Positions 1 to 13,586 of a stretch of 64,000 bases of DNA are shown here, one piece after another. The notes beneath the pieces are model-generated. The model was not told where the DNA came from and made no database searches. It saw nothing but the letters and a program-made list of their open reading frames with translations. The stretch comes from Ptychomitrium polyphyllum. Lineage: Eukaryota. Each line of letters starts with the position of its first letter. Within the stretch, counting starts at the first letter, position 1. The position numbers and the translations under genes are program-made. The stretch spans positions 12,586,001-12,650,000 of the forward strand of contig OZ316776.1 in assembly GCA_973851085.1 (NCBI GenBank). Reading direction: 5' to 3'.

Positions 1-3000
1 TTGAACACTTGTTTATTGTAATTTCTTTTATCAATGTTATGGAATGGAAACTATACATAATTGACAATGGTGTAGAGATTTGAGAATTCATGCAGTAAAA
101 TTTGCATTTATTTGTGGATTTGAAAAGAGGTTCACATTAAAAAATAAATTGAATGGTTTTTTTTAAAATGGTAGTTCCCTCCATTGTTCTAGAATAGACA
201 ATTTCTGAACAATGTACTCTTTTATAACTTCCATTTTCATTTGAATATAATCTTCAACCATTGAGATAACACAATAAATCTGTTATCACCACATATCATT
301 ATACTATTCTTAAAAAAATGATATCCTTTGAATACAAGACAAGGAGCTGCATATAGTAAATTAAACACATTTAAATCCAAATATTGGATACATGTGTAAA
401 GCAATGTCTACAACATGAAAAAAAACTTTAAATTAAAAATTTAGGAAGCTTAATCTGAATCACACACTTAGATGCGGTAGATTGGGCACCAAGAGATGGT
501 TTCTATCACACACGGAGTTGCACTCCCAAATAGAAATTTCTTTGTGAATGTCTTTCATTCTAAGGTGAGAACTGAATTTTAAATAAAATGATCCATATAG
601 AAATTCTCTAGAGAACCTTAGCTATTGAAATCAGTTCACACATTTTTACTTTTTGGACCTCTGTGTTTCTATAAGAAACCCATTTTTGGTCATGATGTGA
701 TTTCTTTGTGATAATACCAGTGAGGCGATTTAACGCATTTCTAGCTACTTCTACAAATATGGAACAAGAGCCATACAATGTACTCACATTCAATGCATCA
801 CCATGAGATAATAACACTTTGTCAACCGTTAAACCATAGACATGCATATTTAAAGACCCAAATTATTTGAGAATTTCTATATAAGTTCTTTGCATCTGAA
901 CAAACTGCATCATTTAAAAATAATTAAAACTCTGTCCATGTATGAAACTACTGAAAATAGACTCGTTCGCCTTGACTGTGCACAGCAAACATTCTCAATT
1001 ATGGATGAAACAAAACTTCCATAGGTTTATCTATTTTTTAATCCACTTCTATGTTTCTTAATGAAGAAGTATACAATACTCTTCAATCCACATCAGCCCT
1101 TCACAGAGACCACAGTTGTTTTTCTGGCCTTTTCCGTCACTACATTTACCCCATCTCCATCAGTTGTCAACTTGTCATACATTGTTTGAATTGCACCAAA
1201 AGGATACTAAGGAATTGGACATTCTGTCGATATCAAGATATGGTGCTTTTAATTAAGTTGAGCTCTGCCATGACATTCTGGAGCAGTGTACAAGGATACC
1301 TTTCAAAACAGCACATATTCAAAATGTACTATCCAAATTCACTTTCTAACTCATCAAAAGGTGATACATACTTTTAGTTACCATATTAAAAAGGGTATGG
1401 CTTCTTCCTCTTCTATATTAGATTTAATCAAGAAGCCAATTTAATTTGTTTATTTAACAAACTTCTTCAAAAAACAAAAATAGAGCAAAAAATGAATCTT
1501 TGCCAAAAATATGGCTACTTTTTAGTTTTTAGTTTTTAATTTTTAATTTATTTTAATAAAGAAAAAACAGGGAGTACAAATTAAAAATTTCATGTTCACC
1601 AAAGACATGAAATGCAAGGAATCACAAATCAATAGGGAATCAAAGTGTAAAAGCCACACTCACAAACTCCAAACACTTGCCAATAGCTCATTATTGTCAA
1701 AAAATTTATCATTGGTTTTGAAAAAGCATAAGCTCAAGTTTGGTGGCTTTTATTACTTATGTATATTGTAAATAGCTTTTGAATCCTTTTTTCAGCATTT
1801 TTCTATCTCAAGTCTACCACCTAAGTTTGAGGTATTTTACTTATATCCTTCTTTTATATCCAATATGACCATCTTCACTTATTACCTCAATATTTTAATA
1901 TAGAAAATTTTCAAAAAAATTGAAACTTTTTGCATTGGCTCACACATTTCATCTACTTCTAAAATATAAGATTATAAATTGATTCTAGTTGTATATCAAA
2001 TCTAGCAAGCATATTCTTTGAGCTATCTCTTACTTATTGCTCCTTTATAATCTTGCAGTTAATTGTTCATTTGTGCATAAATTCCAAACCAAATGTTGCA
2101 CTATCTTGAAACTTTGTGCTTGTATAAAAATATAATCTATAAAATTATACTCCACATTCTATAACCATACCATTCATAAATTCCAATATTTGATCTTCTA
2201 AGTTGCTACCTCTGATTTACATGCTTATAGACTTCTTTCATTTTAGCACTTTGTTTCTCTTTGACTTAGCAAGTTGTATACCTTAGATTTTGCACCAACG
2301 TGTATGAACTTGCCTTAAATGTTGAACCAAAAGATTGATTCAGCTAAAAAACTCAAATCAAGCATAAAAGACCAAAATTCAAGAATCATAAGCAGTTTGT
2401 TTATAAATCATGAAAAATGGTATATCTAACAATATTATTACATTTCCTACAAGTCACCTCAACATTCTTCCAACCTGAAAGTCTTAATAGACACTTATCC
2501 AAATGTTATTTAAATATTGATTCCAAATACTTAACTCCAATGTCTACTAGTTAATGCTTAATTCCAATGATTACTTGTTATTGCCTAAACCACCCAACGA
2601 CTTTGCTTTAAATTGTTTCCCTAATGCCCATTTCGCCAAATACAAAGGCAATGAAGATAAGCCACAAAGAATAAGTAGCCCTAAACCTTAAAACTAAAAA
2701 AATCCATAATTTTGGGATTTTTTCACCAATACATTATGAATTACTGAATTTGGAAAACTTTATGGCATTATAACCACATCTATAACACTCAGAGCTCTTC
2801 TACAAAAATCTAGGATGTGATTTTTGAGGGAGATGCAGTAGATATTAGAATTGCATTCATGTTGATTACACTTCCTTACGCCTGGACAACAAAGGAAGCA
2901 ACGGGAGGGAAGCCAGGAGACCATCTGCCACGAAGAGCTTCTCCAAGCGCCTCAAGAACAGCAGGCTAAAAAACCGCACCACTTATCATTGTTGTTGAGA

Positions 3001-6000
3001 CGTGTAAGGTGGTCCCCAATTTCAATCAGTGCAATGCGTCAGGACTCCGCACAACAGACTTGGCCATCACTGTTACCACAATTCCAATCCAGTTAGTAGG
3101 CTGTAGGGGTGCTTACACTTGAAACTCTTACCATGATATAGCAGTGCTGTTGCACTGTAATGAATCAACCATTTTGATTGCACTTGAACGAGGCTGTATA
3201 ACCGTAATGGTAGGCAACGTGCAAAGTGTCCTTATCGAAAAGAACGTAAGACCAACTCAGCAGCAGCACTGCTGCTGGCCTCGACGGCGTTTTCTAACAC
3301 TACTGTAGTATCAACTCAGTTGGATAAGTAGAAAATTTTCCGACATCTGTCTACTGCAGTAGCCGCACAGTAACAGTGTAATGCCCTGTGTGACCACCCT
3401 CAAACTTGCCTAGCATCTCAAACTGACAGCAACAGTTTTTAATTGCTTGGCATTGCTGTCGACTGCATCGGGCTCACTATTTTGTGCTTCTCACAAGTTT
3501 CCAAGATTTCTCACTGTCGATCCCAGTTTGGTTACATTGCCAGGCGTACACCAAATATCAGCTTCCAGGACAGCTCCAACTTAGAACCCGAATTTGGCAG
3601 ATAAGAATTCTGAGGAGTGACCATACCACCAGTCTCCAGAGGATCATGCTAACCCTATCTGCTTGAATCTCCATAAAATTCTGCTCCCCACGAGTCTATT
3701 GTGTAGTGATGACTAGATTACCCAGATTCCCGTCCGGCATAATTTTAGTACATAAGGAGGACAAGCAAAAAGTTCTTCTTAATACAAAAAGTTTTTTTCA
3801 TTGTGGTTAAAAAAACGCTTTGACAGGTACGCTACCATCCTCGAGAATAACACATGACCTGTCGGGATCAGGAAGTCGGGAACATAAAATGGGCAGCATT
3901 GAGTGGGGAACGCGTTGCGGGGAACGCGCATCATAACGTGGACGGGCGAGGTCAACTGATACTCCTACGTGGAAATACATGAAAAGTCGAGGTCTTAAAT
4001 GAGTCAACCACGTCATGAGATCCTCCAGAGCGAACCCAGCCTTCCATTGACCCAGCCTAATTGATATCTCATTCTTGCCTTTATTAGTGCTACCCTCTGA
4101 TTTTTGTGAGAAATACCTTCTACTAGTGTGACCCTTGGGTGCAGTGTGCAGTGCTACCTTTTGAGTTATCAGTGTTGGTTGGCAAGCTTCCAGCAGGACG
4201 ACTGTGTGAATGCGGCATTGAAAGCAGGGCCTCTTATTGGCCGCTAATACCTCCCTATAAATTCGTATATTGGTAACGTGAGGGGTGAAGATGCTGGAAT
4301 TTCTATGCTATCGATTGCCTTGTCGTTGTGTACAGGACTAGGAAACCTTCACCATAACGTTTAGCATCGAATGATGCTTCATTCACCTTAATTACCATAA
4401 CTCTGTCCTTTGGACATAAATAGAAATCCTTCTCTCATCACAGTGGAGGTAAAGATTAATTGTGAGGGCAGATTCCGCTGCTGTACTGTACAAAAGAATC
4501 CATTTAAGGAGGCTCAGGAGTTTTGATAACCCATTTAAGGAAGCAAACATAAAAATGTAGAAGGGAATCATACTTTTCACATGGAATTAGTATGAGGCAC
4601 ATTTAATGAATCTCTTAAAATAAATATAAGAAACTTTAAGTTTGAACAACCAATGACAAAACTATATCTCTTATAAATATGTTCTCATGGAGCTATGTTA
4701 AATCACTTACAATTGTTGAGTCAACTCAACTCATTTCTAAAAATTTGATGACATTTCTTAAAGTTCATGTGCTAACATAATTTACAAGGAAAGTAGTTTT
4801 TCTCATTTGATATCCAAATTTTAACCTAAAGCTTGTGCACTTATTTTTATTTTAATTCAATGTGCTTATAGTGGTGGTATTTTCTAGTATGAATTCTATG
4901 CAAATAAAAATGTTATTTTTAACATTTTGGTGTGTACGCTGAAGATTCTGTTAGCACTATCACAACTTCAAAGATAAATCTTTAGTTGAGTTATAAGTAC
5001 TAAATTTTTCATACTATACACATCATTCTTTAGGAATGAAAAGCCTCAGCTATCATCAGTGTCATAAACACCAAATGTAGTTTTACATCAGATGAATGAA
5101 GGTGATGAGTTGCCTTTTGCTAAAGAATGTCATGTAATCACTGAGGTACGACAATTATATTTTTCAGTAACAAACAATATGTTCATGGCCCTGTTACATA
5201 ATGGTTGGCAATTACCATACTGCTTCAATTACAGGTTCCATGAGTCCCATACTCATGTATTTGGGACTCATGGAATAACAATTAAATAAACTATAAGCTA
5301 AAATTTGTATGAATTCCTTGCAGTATTCTTTTCAGTGCACTGAAATTTGTATTCATTTGCTTCATGCAAAACAAAGTAAACAAAAAGTCAAAGAAATGTG
5401 AGAAGCAAACTTGGTATCAAGTGCTACACGGCTATAACTCATAGCCAAATTAATTGACTTGTACAAGGTAATATGATTGTATTTAGAATTTAGAAACTTC
5501 ATCTTGTGAGTTCTTGGGATGCCTGCCGTTACAAAAGAGCAGCTCCAGTACTAACTCACTAATCAATTATGATTGAAGAATGATGCCAATCAGAAACCAA
5601 CAAAATGGACACGCGGGGTACCAGGGTCCAGTACAACTTTGAGCAGGCCAAATCAAATTTGAATGGAGTTGCTACACATGCCCAGTCTATGTTCTGGCAC
5701 CACTTTCTGTCATCCTAAATCATGGGCGAGTGAGTGAGTGAGAGAAACTATCCCACTTATGCTCACACTGCAGAAGTTCAGGACACAAATTATTCTTTGT
5801 TCTCATTATGCACATGATTATAACTTGACAGAGATCCAGTCAAGCTTCTCCCGAAAATCAAAAATCATTGCCAAATTAACTCCTCATTGTTTATTGCATT
5901 CCATGGCTCTCCTCAGAAGCTTTATTGCTCTTTTCATTCACTTCTTCAATGTTTACAAAAATACATAGCTGTTGAGTGTTGGTTGCATTGCAAAAAAAAT

Positions 6001-8087
6001 ATTATTACTGTTTATCACATTGCAAAAACTGAATTTACAAAGGATGCCAGTGCTCAGCACATATTTTGATTCTCCTGTTGCTGTACAGCCAGAGTGAGTC
6101 AAGTCTCTTACAAGTCATGAGTGATGTCACAGTAACAACAAAATGTACTCTTTTGACTCCAATAACATTCATTTATTCAGGTTGTATCTACATGTGCATT
6201 GCAATGAGAAAAGTCCATTTCTTTCTTGGTCTCAAACAATGAGCTTAATAACCCTTAGGTGGTGACATGAATCAAGACCAATCAACACATTTCAATGAAG
6301 TCATAGACATTTTGCAAGTCAAAATAATCTCCAGCAATTGATTAATACAGGATGATCTTTTATGCAAATAGGGTTTATTCCTTTTCACCCTTTCATGCTT
6401 ATACCATGTATGATGAGATGTTGCCTGCTTGGCAACAAGACAGCCCAATTCCTAGAACATGCAGTTGGTAAAAGGGAATAGGCAATGTGTCCCAATTCAT
6501 GCCATGTTCTTCCAACCCAACCACCACATGCTATGCATTTCTTAGTTAGAATATTTATTCCTGGTGGAACTCCGCAAACATCAACATCAATTGTCAAGGT
6601 ACTTCACTCCAAAACAATTTCCTTTTGCAATTTTACACTTAATTCTAATACTACAATCAGACTAGAATCCTTGATTGAATACTGTAACTTCGGCATTATG
6701 ACATCATTCTGTAAACCACATCATGGAGCTCAAATTCCCAATAGCAACTGCCAGCAACTAACTTGCATGTCTCACCACTCTCATCATGCCATGCGGGCCA
6801 TACAAAAAGATGAGGCTTACTAGCCATAACTTCACAAAGTGAGGTTCACAGAGGGTGACACAGTGCTCAGAACATGCAAACCTTGCCCAGATGGTGTGAG
6901 TGAATCATGTGAAGTCATTAGCTTGTCATTATTGTTTCATAGACTAGTTAAGTTGGGTAAAGCACTACTGCAAAATTCTCACAAACAAGCATGCACTCAC
7001 GTCACACCCTCGGAAATCATTAGTGTGAATCAACGAGGGGAGTGCTCTACCCTAATACTCTAGCACCACGCTGCTGCCACTTGCTTAGCAAAAATTCCAT
7101 CATCCATGCAAAGTGGATGATCCAGTTTGATCTTCCCAGATTTGAGCATCCAACACAAAAGGGTAAGTCTGCCGCCTTTCACCTTTCCCCACTGCAAAAC
7201 CTTTCACCCTTTTACCCCATCAACTGCAATGACTCACTCCTACATCGCAAGCAGGAAACTCGGAGACTGGAATTCGGAGTCGGTTCCAGGACACCCAACC
7301 ACCACGTGGCCGCCCACGACATGCCAGAGAAGCGTCACATTGCGGACGTGGCGTAGAATACAGCTCAAGACCCAGCTTGGGACGTGGACGAGGTTGCTCC
7401 CTGCCCACGCCATCCCGCAACGCGCTGCACACAGACAAATCCCCACGGACGCCGACGACCGCCCGCAGACAACCGCCGAAGATCGCCAACGCCCGACTGA
7501 CGAGAACCCGTTTGCAGACACTGCCCTCCGATATCCTGACAGAGGACCGACAACGACCGATGACGACCGACGATGACCGCCGACTGAGACGACGGATTGC
7601 GACGAAAGGTTTGTTGCTTCAGAGCCGAGCGATCATTTGACACCCGACGGACGAACGTTGATGTTTCCAAGACGACGAATGTTGTTGCTTCCAAGACGCT
7701 TCATCGCCGCAGACGCAGCCCGGTCGTGCTTCTCGCCCACTTTCCTCGCCGGACTTGCCTTGTGTTGCGTTGCCACTACTAGTATGCCACCCCTGCCTGC
7801 CCCTCGCCAACTATTCCTCCCTGCAGACTTATTTTCCTTTCTGAATTCGCATCCTCCGCAAGAATACAACAATTCCCTCTGACTTAGCTTGCAGTGTTGC
7901 GCACAATCTAGTATCCTAACGGTCGCAGTTTGGAACAGTTTCTGAGAGAATTTTAGAGGAGCTTTCTGTGGTGTTTAAACGGTGCATTGGGAGGAATTGG
8001 GAGGATTCTGGTGGAGTTAAGTGGATTGTAGTTGGGTGTGTGAGTGGAGGTGTGAGTCTAGGTGAAGTGCATTGTGAGAGTTAGACA

Positions 8088-8894
8088 ATGGTAATGGGTG
8101 GGGTGTTTGCGAGCCGCGAGGGGCCGGCCTGGTTGCCGGCGTTGCTAGAATGTGATAGTTTCTTCTCGCATTGTAATTTCCATACTTCGGGAAAGAACGA
8201 GCGAAACCAGTTTTGCTTTGATTGTCCGAAGGCGGGGACGCTGTGTCCGGAGGGGCTGGTGACGTTGCACAGGGGGCACTCGAGTATTCAAATTAGGCGG
8301 GCATCGCACAGGGACGTGGTGCGCGTGGCTGACATTCAGAAGTACGTTGATCTCAGCAACATTCAGCCGTACACGATCAATAGCGCGAAGATTGTGTTTC
8401 TGGTGTCGAAGCCGCAGCCGAAGATCGTGAAAGGCGCGGCGCATTACTGCGAGATGTGTCGCCGCAGCATTGCGGACCCCGTTCGCTTTTGCTCTATCCT
8501 TTGTAAGTTGGCAGGAATTCAGGCGTATCCTCACGATTTCACGCTCACTCTCACGGTGTTCGCCAAGTCCGGGCCAGGATTCTTCAGCAAGGGCAGCACC
8601 GACTCTGTGAATGCAGCCTCCCCTGCCACGAGCGCCCACAGCCACGGCTCGGGAATCACAAACGTCATGCCCGACACGCCCAAGAAGGGCTCGAAACGCA
8701 CCGTCAAGGATGCCGCGTCGCCGTCTTCCAAGAAGTCAAAGTTGGCATTTTCGGCAGTGCCGCTCGTTCACCCTCGCGACGAGGAGACGTCCTCGATGAT
8801 GAGCCCCATGGCTCCCCTCACACCGGCGAACGAGTCTGGCTCCAAGGTTCACCGCAGAAAGCAAGAGCACCCGCTACGGGCGCCTATGCTTTAA
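8088..8894 (+). CDS. PLATZ: PLATZ-family zinc-dependent transcription factor, single exon, 268 aa
   Basis: N-terminal PAWLPALL..FF..C..H..N.FCFDC..LC..H.GH, then IQIRRASHRDVVRV.DIQKYVDLSNIQPYTINSAKIVFL, CEMCRRSIADPVRFCSILCKL, and C-terminal HRRK..P.RAP. All match PLATZ consensus features. Confidence 0.93.
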   Translation: MVMGGVFASREGPAWLPALLECDSFFSHCNFHTSGKNERNQFCFDCPKAGTLCPEGLVTLHRGHSSIQIRRASHRDVVRVADIQKYVDLSNIQPYTINSAKIVFLVSKPQPKIVKGAAHYCEMCRRSIADPVRFCSILCKLAGIQAYPHDFTLTLTVFAKSGPGFFSKGSTDSVNAASPATSAHSHGSGITNVMPDTPKKGSKRTVKDAASPSSKKSKLAFSAVPLVHPRDEETSSMMSPMAPLTPANESGSKVHRRKQEHPLRAPML

Positions 8895-11800
8895 AGAAAT
8901 TGTCGCTTACTTACCTGTGGGCGATGGAGGTGTACTTTAATAGTCGCAGCAGTTGAGGTTACGTAGATTGGACGCAAGTATAAAGGATGGCATTGTTGAC
9001 ACCGCGGTGGTGGAAATTGAAATGCGGTGGTTACCCAAGCAAATGCTCAACGGGACCAGCCTTAGAGCCCTGGAGAGCTACTATGCCCCCTTTCACTCTG
9101 TTAAATAAGGTAACACCTACACTCCATTTTCTTGCACCTAAGATTATGGAGCAACCTCATTTGCTTTTAATTTCTCGCCGTTACCACATTTTCCCGCCGC
9201 ATTCTTCTTGTCTCTGCCTACATTAGTTTTTGGCGGTATTGTTTTGAAAATGTCTTCGTTGTTGCAAGCGTTGAGCGGTTTATTGAATACTTTTGCTTTT
9301 TTCCACAGGGTACTATAAGTTGTAACCTAAACGCTGGAGCTAAGGGCTGTTGTTAGAGATTAATGAAAGGGAAAGTAGAAGCTCGGACGTCGACAAAGAG
9401 CAGGGAATGCAGGGGAGCTTGTATGATGTTACAGAAGTCCAACAAAGGCGTCCAGATGATCGACAGGTAACGAAATAAGCACGCATTGCAAGTGCTCGAA
9501 CTGGAGCTCCTCACTGCTGCCAGCAATCTGTCATAAGACAACTCTAGGAGATCGAACACCGCCTCCGGTGCAACGCACGACGATGCAGTGGCATTATTAT
9601 ATTAGCTGCTGGCCCAATGTATTTGTAGCTCACTGGAAAGCCTTTGCATTTCAAAGCAGATAATGGACCTGCCATCCAATAGTGTACAGTACGGATTGAA
9701 GGTTCGGACTAACGTTACTATAGCCTGAAATACTTTTTAGTTCTGTCACGCACAACGTGCTTAAGTGTATAGTAGACGATGGATTTGTGGTCAGAAAATG
9801 TTAACTCGACCACGCTAGAAACAGGAAGAAAACTCCCTGTTGTGTACAGTGAGAGTATTATACAGTTCATTTGGTTCTCTGTTATACACAACGAAGTCTT
9901 TGCCGATTGTAGATTTCACATTGTTCTTTCTTCTGTGTTCAGTTCCTTTGCTTTTGAGACTTGTGTCGCGTTGCAACATCATGGTGTTGCTTTGTTGATG
10001 AATTCAGACTTCTGAGGGTCACTATGAATGTTGAGTGTTTATGCATTGAAATGCTGATTTTTTGTAGTTCAGTGTGATGTGTTTTGCATTGGTCCTGGGC
10101 GTTTTGGAAGACGTTGACTGTTGATCAATTACATGTTGTATACCCCACTACAGTTTGGTACTTCCATCCTGTGTAGATTGCAGGTGAACAGTATCCGAAT
10201 CTGCACATTGCAGGTCACCAATAACAGTTGGACGTCACCAATCATTGTGCAAGCTCAAGCTCAGACTTTGACCATATCAGCACACACCTTACAGGCTCAT
10301 CAAAGTCATTCAGTCCAGGCTCTCATTGTATTGCATTGCATTGTGTTACTTTGCAGCCCATTCAACGCGGCATATCATGCCTGCACTATGTGCCAACACT
10401 CATTGCCCAACTCATTTTTCATTAAGAGTTATTAGCCATGTACTCACATTGGTGCTAATTTGAGCTCAGCCCTTAAACTCCCAGTAGCAAGCAACGGATT
10501 TTATTTTTATTTCACTTGTTCATTGAGTATCTTCAACTCTCATCCATTTGGTCCTTACCATTGAATTGTACGGGTTGTACAATAGTGATGAAATCATCAA
10601 GTGGCACTGAAAACTTGTCAAATTATTTTGTCTCTATTTTTTTTTAGCTCACTAAAGCTATGCAGTGTATTCAAATATTCCAAAGTCTAGTCTAGGAAAC
10701 AAAATTCTAACTTGTCACAATTAGTTTTTACTCCATGACTATTGAATGATGCTTTTAAAAATCAACATATGCAAACACTGCATACTTTGATATCTTGGAA
10801 GATCACCATGGCAGAAATTTCTTAATCAAATGTAAAGTTTGCTCTAATGGAAACACAGCTGAGACAATTTTGAACAAGAAGTGAAGAAATATACCAAGAA
10901 ATGGATTCAGGAAAAAGTTGCTTTTACAACATTGAACGATTTAGATTCACACTGGAAATCGTTATTTAAAATCACGGAGATTCAAAATACAATTTCTTCT
11001 TTCAACTTAGGCACCAAGTGGTTCACAGAGCACCAACTCTAGTTTTTCGGACTTCCAAGAACTAAAAAACCCAATCCCCTCATTGAGACTATATTTGCAT
11101 GAATCTGGCCTGGAGTTTCCTTAGCCCTTAACAGAGCTGGAAAGCGGCCCCGATAGCCATGGTAGTGGAAAACCCTTCTCCCCATGTCCACGTGGCATCC
11201 AGTTGAGGTTACAGAATCCACCCTTTGGATCAACGTAACTTTTCACTAAAGTTGCTCAAATGATTGATTAAGCAACTCTTCAGCTTGGAAGGCGGCTCCC
11301 ATCCTGGGATGGTAGAGCATCTATCCACTGGGTCAAGCGAGAACTTGGTTGATATATGCACCGTGGGCTCCTACCATGTAAAGTTTCTGTGAGGTGCTAC
11401 ACATGTGGGCTATTGGGGAAGCGCCGCCTGTTCCTTGCGGCCCAAGTTTCCTCCTTTCCTGGTTTCTCCCACTCTTCCGTTTGCCAGGTAAGTACTGGGT
11501 CTCTTCTCCTTTTCACACTCTTTGGTCACATCTTGAGTTCATCCCCCATTTTACCTTCTTTGTTTTAAAGCTTTTAACCTCTCCTTTCCTATTTCTTTTC
11601 TGATCCATTAGAACCTTCTCAAACATTGCATTGAGCTCAAGGCTTGAAGTGTGTGTGTCCAGGACTTTTCCTCCACTTCTGAAGGTTCCATGACGTCTCC
11701 AATAAAATTTGACACAGACGCGGTACGGTAGAATGACAGAAACTACTTATGGAATCAAATATTATCTGGATAATGGCAATCCAATCTGATATAGCGTGTT

Positions 11801-12865
11801 TCTCGCTTGGTGACAGGGATCAAGAGGAGCATACCTTCATACAGTGTGAGTGTATTTTTAAGAATGTAATGCCAGTTAGCCTTCCTAAGTTTTGTAGTAA
11901 ATTTGGCTAGGACTTATCTGCAAAAAGAGAATCAATTTTGGACAAGGTGCATCAGTAAAGGTTGTGATTAACAATGACCATGTTATTTACCTAGATATTG
12001 GGGCTAGTCTGTGACGATCAGGTGTAGCAAGAGGAGATAACCGTTTCACTCTTTTCTTCTCTTTGTTGGAATCCTTGTAAGATCCTTGTTGTGGTTTTTG
12101 CTACAACGAACACAAACTGATTTCCCTGATCACAAACCCAGAGCAGCCCTTCTCTTGGGCACAGCATGAACTCCACCTGGCATGGTGAGTCTGTTTTGGT
12201 ACCAGAGAACCGCACTGTATGTATGGGCTATTCCCTCTATTCACACCTTTTGATGAGTGCCAAACCTATGGCATGGTCAAACTCAAGCAATGAACAGCAT
12301 GATCCTAGTTCCTGTGGGATACACTCAAGCATCAACAACTGCCCAGTTTCAAGCACGACTTAGAAGAATCTTTGCATGACTGAAGAAATACTTGCATAGT
12401 ACAAACTCTTGACCTCCTCTAAGTTCTTCTTCCACTCTGCAAAAGATGTCTTTTGAGAAGACCATGCCTTCCAACATGGTAAAGCATAAAGTCATCTGTA
12501 GCTTCTCATGGCAGAGCCTACTAAAATAACGTGGTTGCAGCTGCCTTAGCATTATAGCATCATTAAAACCAAACTTTCCAACATGCAGGCTGCCAGTGTA
12601 GAATACATGTTCTTCACAGAACAAGTTAACCCATACTGTGTGCTTAGGTCTTGGTCGCACCAAGGAGCCTCCTCCATCCTCACCGTACACAAGTTGCAAC
12701 ATTGTAACAGTGGCCACCATAGCCACCAAAACAGAGCTTCAAGCAATACCCACTTGTATGCGTCTTGCACTTTGAGCTCCTTTTTATCCTCCAGCACATA
12801 GAGACTGCCGGCCAGACTGTGTTACCGTCAATCATGTTCCTTTCACATACATTGCAGGCCACCAA

Positions 12866-13009
12866 ACACCTCCAGCTTGTCCTTGGTGGCTCACAAGTGG
12901 TATACCATCCACACCTCCAGCTTGTCCTTGGTGGCTCACAAGTGGTATACCATCCACACCTCCAGCTTGTCCTTGGTGGCTCACAAGTGGTATACCATCC
13001 ACACCTCCA
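12866..13009. repeat. Perfect 45-bp tandem repeat, 3.2 copies
   Basis: Unit acacctccagcttgtccttggtggctcacaagtggtataccatcc starts at 12866, 12911 and 12956, followed by a partial acacctcca. Confidence 0.97.
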
Positions 13010-13568
13010 TTATTATCTGTAAACATATTTGTCACACTACCGTTAATAATCCAAAATCAAACTAGCAAGTGCATTTCCTGAAGAACTGAAATCCCCTCAT
13101 GGAAACAGAACCAAAAGAAATCACCTCACCACTCCACATACATCCACGTCCTTCCTCAAAAAACACAGTCAATCAATCTCAAATTACAGTAAACCGAATG
13201 AGTCGAACTCACAACTTGCACGATGATCCATTGCTGGAAACATGATATTCTGGTTCAAGCCCTACGGTGTCACTCCAGTGGAAACCCCAGAACTCACAGA
13301 ACGAGAGACAAACCAGGTGCTTCCCTTAATCACCCAACAATAGTAAAAGATTAGTGTCGGCACACCAATAAATCTGAAGGTCTGTGCGCACAGACACCAC
13401 TTCCCTGCAAGTTGCCAGAAAGTTCTAACTCGGCCACGCAGCCAAGTTCGCATGGGCGTGTCCTGTGACGGCAATGGAAAAGCAGCATCTCGGAGGGTCG
13501 CCGTTCACACCAGCATGAGAGTTAAATGCACCTGAAAGCCTAGGCTATCCATAGAAGAAAAAAATTTG

Positions 13569-13586
13569 GATGATGATGATGATGAT
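13569..13586. repeat. (GAT)6 microsatellite
   Basis: Read directly from the sequence. Confidence 0.85.

Noticed and set aside
1..7000. Possible transposon or pseudogene remnants
   Set aside because: Frames are full of stops, and I could not recognise any RT, integrase, transposase or other domain, nor terminal repeats.
7127..7882. Overlapping ORFs and gacgaccg-like low-complexity repeats upstream of PLATZ
   Set aside because: GC-rich promoter/leader sequence gives open frames on both strands; no recognisable protein.
12018..13065. Cluster of short ORFs on both strands
   Set aside because: No family motifs; partly generated by the 45-bp repeat.
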